Assembly: GCA_043228905.1 (NCBI GenBank)
Contig: JBHGNT010000011.1
Location: 8,742,001 to 8,806,000, forward strand
Direction of reading: 5' to 3'
Origin: Azolla caroliniana
Taxonomy: Eukaryota; Plantae; Polypodiophyta
Length of the DNA: 64,000 nt
The notes below the pieces were generated by a model, which did not search any database, was not told the DNA's origin, and saw only the letters and a program-made list of their open reading frames with translations. The position numbers were made by a program, and so were the translations under genes. Numbering within the stretch: position 1 is the stretch's first letter; each line of letters starts with the position of its first letter. Positions 58,386 to 64,000 of the stretch are shown here, piece after piece.

Positions 58386-61300
58386 TGTTAAGAGTCTATT
58401 ACTAATCAATAGACCAAATCAAGTAAAAAGGAAGAAAATAGATTGGATAGAAGAACCCGTTCCACCCGACCACCCCCGAGCTATGATCTAGACATAGCCA
58501 ACCTACCACCGACGTCCCATACCGCCGGATATTAGGATGACTAATACCTTGGAAGAGATAAACACGATCGTCGAGACGAAAGCCTAGCCCGCACCACCGG
58601 TGTCTACGACAGCAGCCTTCCGACGTGATTCCTATGAGGGTAGCTAAGCCTCATATTTATACCTTTTCCTAGGCCCCTTGAATAGATGTGCCTTTCTAAA
58701 AGGCTCTCTATTCATTGGTTGTCTAAATCATGATAGTGCATGCACATATCATTCATTCTATCCAATCATTAGTCCCCTTTTTAATAATAGTGAACATACC
58801 CTTCACTAATGTAAATATTAGTGACCTACCCTCACCAACGTTATGTGTACATAACATACTCCCCTACTTCAAAAGATTGCACTCTTGCAATATAAAGTGA
58901 GGAAATTGTGCCTTAAGCGAATGCTCGCATTCCCATGTGGCATCATCAATAGGTTTATCCATCCATTTGATCTTGAATAGCCGAATCTCTTTAGAACGTA
59001 AACGTTTAGTACGAGAATCAAGAATTCGTTCAGGAACATGAGGTTTGTAAGAAAAATCCTCTAATGTTACAAGATCTTGGATTGTGATGGTGTTATCACC
59101 AGAGCCTAAAAATGGTTTTAGACGACTGACGTGAAAAACAGGATGAATACCAACGTTACGAGGTAAGGCAAGGTGATAAGCAGATGACCCAACTCGCTTA
59201 AGGATTTCAAATGGGCCACAATATCGTGGGGCTAACTTAGCGCACTTGCCCGTAGATAATGACGTAGAATCAGTCGGGACACGCAAAAAAACTTTTTTGA
59301 CCAATAGTAAATACACGAGGACGTCTATCCTGATCAGCATAAAATCGAGCACGATCTTGAGCTGTCTTGACATTTTCTTTGGCAATATGCAACATTTGGT
59401 TCATGTCTTGCAAAAAATTGCGTGTACTGTCTAATGTATCACGATGAATCGTGACATCAACTGGGGCACGTGGCTGAAAACCATACATCAACATAAAAGG
59501 ACTATATCCAGTGGATGTATGTTTAGAGCTATTATAGGCAAATTCTAAGATAGGAAGGTATTGCTCCCACTTAGAAGGGGTTTTTGCTACATAAGCTCGA
59601 AGCATGTCCTCAATAATTTGATTAACTCGTACAGTTTGTCCATCAGACTGAGGATGATCTGCGGAACTCATGCTCAACGTAGTTTCTAGTTTCTTAAAGA
59701 CCTGAGTCCAAAAGTCACTAGTAAACTTGGAATCTCGATCACTAACAATATCCATCGGTAATCCATAAAAACGAAATAACTCATCAACAAATTGATAAGC
59801 CAACTGTTGAGCGGTTACCGTGGTTTTTGTAGGAATAAATCTAGCTAATTTTGTTAGCCTGTCAACGACAACCCATATGGCATCATGACCCCTCTGTGTA
59901 CGAGGTAAACTAACAATAAAATCCATCGAGATACTTTCCCATTTATTGTTGGGAATATCTAAGGGATGTAAAAGACCAGCAGCTTTAAGTCGTTCCGACT
60001 TATTAATCTGACATTGTAAGCATTGAGTTACGTATTTATGCACGTCAGAGCGCATCTTAGGCCAGAAAAAAGTACACGAGATGAGAACGAGTGTGCGTTG
60101 TATTCCAGGATGACCAGCAGATGGTGCATCATGACATTCATGAAAAATTTTCTGTTTAACATTTGGTAAATCTGGAACACAGACCTTTCCACTACGGTAG
60201 AGCAAACCGTTTGTAATGTGAAAGGTCGCCTTCGAGGGTAGGGTGCTAGTATCGGCATCTAAACCAGATTCGGCTTTCGTCCAGTATTTTGAGAAATAAC
60301 TGTCATCAAGGTATTTCCCTCGAAGGTGATCTAAAAGATCAGATTTTATTTCCGTGAAGCTAAGCATGTTAACTTCTTTAATGCGACTAAGAGCATCAGC
60401 AACGGTGTTCATAGAACCCTTGCGATATCGTATGGAAAAATCAAAATCTTGCATAAGGTCAGCCCAACGGCCTTTACGACCAACAAGATCGGGCTGGTCA
60501 CAAAAATACTTTAATGATTGATGGTCTGTTGTAACCGCAAATTTATTTCCATAGAGATAGTGCCTCCATGTTTTAAGTGCGTGTATCACCGCAAACAACT
60601 CTTTCTCTTGAACCGAATACCGAGATTGAGCAGCATCAAGCTTCTTACTTTCAAAAGCAATAGGGTGACCACCTTGATAAAGAACGGCACCAATAGCATA
60701 ATCACTAGCATCGGTTTCAATTGAGAAAGGCTTAGAAGGGTCTGGTAATAGAAGAGTGGGAGCCTGACACACATGCTCCTTGAGTGTCTCAAATGATTTG
60801 TCAAGTTGTTCATTCCATGAAATTGGTTTGACAGACTTACGTGGATGACCTTTTAAAAGGTCAGTTAATGGCGTAGTCAATTTGGAATAGTTACGAATTG
60901 ATTTTCGTAAAAATCCAACAAACCCTAAGAATGATCTAAGTTCACGAATATTACGAGGAATGGGCCAAAGTTTAACCTTTTCAATACGAGAAGGTTCAAT
61001 TTCAACGCCATTTTCTGTAATTAAATGACCTAGGTACACAATAGATTTTTGGAAGAAGTGACATTTTGAATGTTTTGCATAGAAAGAGTTGTCACGCAAC
61101 TTTCGCAAAACAAATCGAACATGTTGAACATGATCTTGCAAGGTACGGCTATATATCAAAATATCATCCAAGAAGACGACAACAAAATCACCGAGTTGAT
61201 CTCGGAAAACATCATTCATCGCTTGTTGGAATGTGGCTGGAGCATTAGTCAACCCAAACGGCATGACTAAAAACTCATAATGGCCATAGCGCGTACGAAA

Positions 61301-64000
61301 AGCGGTTTTAGGAATATCATCCTCGGGGATGCGAATCTGATGATAACCAGTTCGTAAGTCAATTTTCGTAAAATATCGAGCCCCGTGCAAACGATCAATC
61401 AAATCATCGGCACGAGGTAATGGATATGCATTCTTAATTGTCATTTTATTCAAATGGCGATAATTGATACACATTCGCCACGAACCTTCCTTCTTCTTGA
61501 CTAATAGAACTGGCACACCCCAAGGTGATTTACTATACCTAATGTGGTCCATACTCAAGTATTCCTTAAGTTGTTTAGCGATCTCATCCTCTTCTAATCG
61601 ACTAAGTCGGTAAGGTGGAATGCTCACAGGAGCAGCCCCAGGGATGAGTTCAATTTGATGGTCCACATTACGTTTAGGTGGTAAAGTAAGCGGTAATTGA
61701 GTAGGAAACACATCTTGAAAATCCTCTAAAATAGAGTCGAGTAATCGTTGCTCCAAATGTGGTAATTGTGTGGCGTCAATATTAAAATAATAAAATTGAA
61801 CCGCAGGATCAATTACACACGAATAAATTAATGAACTAGAATACTCACTTAAAGATTTAGAAGACACAAGTGAATGAGAAGGAAGTTTGGAACATTGAAT
61901 AAAATGTTTACAATTATTAAGTTCAAATGTGATTGAGTGATTAACCCAATCAATGGACAAAGAAGGGTTTTTATTAAAAAACCAAGGATATCCTAAAATG
62001 ACATCTGCGGATTGTAATTTCATAACATGAAAGTCAAGCTTCTCCAAATAAGTATCTATTTGAATTGGCAGTTGACAAACAATGCCACTGATGTATTGAA
62101 CGTTTCCATTTGCCATGTGAACTTGATAGATATGATCACTTGCGTTTATGTGGAGCTCCATTTGCTGCACAAAGTGATCATTAAGAAAATTGTGAGAACT
62201 ACCGGAATCAAACAAGAAATGTGCTTGTGTTCCATTGATATATCCGACTGCTCGGAGTAAATCATTAGATCCAAGTAAATGTGAAGGAAAAGTGCATTCA
62301 CATAAACTTAAGTGATTGGTATGAACTTCAACAATATCAAAAGACTCACCTGTGTGACTCGTAGATTTGTCTTGAGGAGGGGTGTTCATTGACTTCCTCT
62401 CAAGACGACGACAGGTATCCTTTGTGTGGCCCCGCTTCTTGCAATATGCACAGAAGAGGTTCGGTTTCTTTGAGTCGCGGTCAAGAGTGTCACTGGATTG
62501 CTTACGTTTCCCAATGAACTTGACATTCGGAGTTTTGGTGAACTCAGGTTTATTGTGGTCTTTCTTGGAAGTCCTATGGTATCGCAGCACAATGTTGACG
62601 GCTTCCTCGAAAGTTGTGGGGTCCTTGTCATGGACAATCCAATGATAATCCCCATTGGGAATACCATTCAAAAAACAAGCGACAAACCATTTCTCACCCG
62701 TAAGTCCCGATTTTTGGATCTGGGTCCGAGCGTGATGCACATAATCCTCGAGAGAGGTAAATGGCTTACTAGACAATGTGAGCAAGTGTTGCGCTTGTTC
62801 GGTTTGAGAAGGTGGCTGCAAGAATTGTTTCTTAAAAACATCAACGAAACCTTCCCAAGTTGTGGGTAAGTTTTTTGCGGTCCTTAGGCCACGCCACCAA
62901 GCAGCAGCTCGGCCACCTAACTCACGACCGACATAACCAATTTTTACTGCATCGGGCTTGGGATGAAGCTCAAAGTGAGACTCCCAACTACCAAGCCAAG
63001 TGCTAATGGCCTCCTCGGTTCTTTCTTTCTTATCTCCCTTGAAAGGCGTGACTACGAAGGAAGGTTCACCTTCTTTCTTGGACTCAATAGTTAATTCTTG
63101 GAATTTCTTTTCCAATGCCATATTGGCCTGTCTCATTTCGGCCAATTGATTCAAGGTAGTAGTGAGCAATTGCTCAATAGTGATCTCAGCTTGTGTGCGA
63201 GATGCGGATTGGGGTTGAGAGGTCTCATTTGGAGAGATCGTTCCAACTGCGTTCAAAACTTGTTCCATGATGCATGCTGTGGGTATGCAATAAAATAAGG
63301 AGGTTCAGAAAATACACAAGCAAAATGAATGCTTGAAATTTTGATTGAAATAACTTTATCCAAGAAAGTATCTCATGTCTTTACCCCTCTAGACATATGA
63401 GATGTGATTCGAGATCCGATAACTATGGTAACACTATGGTGTTTTAAAAACTATGGGGGAAAACATAGCTAAGATGTATTTCTCGGATCTCTATCTTGAG
63501 TAATCATGGCGGCTCCCCGAGGCTCAACCATGGTTCTTACATCAATGAAATTTCCTAGATAGCCTTATATTAATGCCAACCCATCATGTATTATATGGTC
63601 GAGAAAGTGTATTACGTGAAAAAACAAGTGCACTCACAAGTAATATTCTAGTCTTGCGAGCAATAAGCAAACGTGATGATAAAATGATAAAATAAGGCAC
63701 TACTCATAAGAGTTAAGTAGTGACGAAAACAAGGGTAAAAAAAAAGAACCCATGTGTTACCTACGAAAAAAACAATGTCACAAATAAATGGGAAGTGCAA
63801 GGTATGCACTTATACATCCCAATATGATTGTTATAACTTGCACAATTGTGACATAAGCCACAAATTGATACAAGTGATGACGGTGTTGTGCGCAAAGATG
63901 TAATACTCAAATCCATGAGTAAAACATCAATAAGGGAACTCATATGGTTTTACTCGTTTTCTAAGGCTTGATGATAAGAGTTAAACCTAGATGACCCGTT
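58386..64000 (-). mobile_element. Ty3/gypsy chromovirus (element F), related to A; 5' end outside the window
   Basis: 3' LTR 58386-58856 (TG..CA) with adjacent PPT GGGGAGTA. Gag-pol lies upstream on the minus strand. Confidence 0.92.
58864..63268 (-). pseudogene. Element F gag-pol with chromodomain, one frameshift at ~59290
   Basis: 1332-aa ORF (CAYCKKRGHTKDTC, LFDSGSS, VVFLDDIL, ETDAS, integrase) continued by ORF 58864-59385 (KLAPRYCGPF...PERILD...KWMD...ATWE). Confidence 0.92.

Overview
Repeat-rich nuclear DNA from a non-flowering land plant, most likely a fern or lycophyte: it has spliceosomal introns, and its plastid-derived fragments include chlN and carry unedited C-to-U sites. From left to right: (1) the first two exons of a host TFIIIC subunit-1 (GTF3C1-like) gene on the minus strand; (2) a 4.4-kb Mutator-like element with a 10-bp TSD in that gene's upstream region; (3) an unusual divergent gene pair at 9.8-16.2 kb, made of a six-exon, slightly decayed gene for a ParB/Srx-like domain fused to a bacterial-type beta-class DNA amino-methyltransferase, with a 51-bp-phased palindrome array in intron 1, facing a Sola/DUF7869-like transposase pseudogene; (4) a chromovirus nested in a Copia remnant; (5) a scrambled plastid-DNA mosaic (NUPT) containing a PPR fragment; (6) from 27.3 kb to the end, a nest of LTR retrotransposons (four non-chromoviral Ty3/gypsy copies, one intact young Copia, one chromovirus). 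The two strongest leads are the ParB-methyltransferase/transposase/palindrome module and an inverted tRNA-Arg PBS-like motif that replaces the polypurine tract next to the 3' LTR in three non-chromoviral gypsy elements. Family assignments come from motif recognition by eye, not from database searches.
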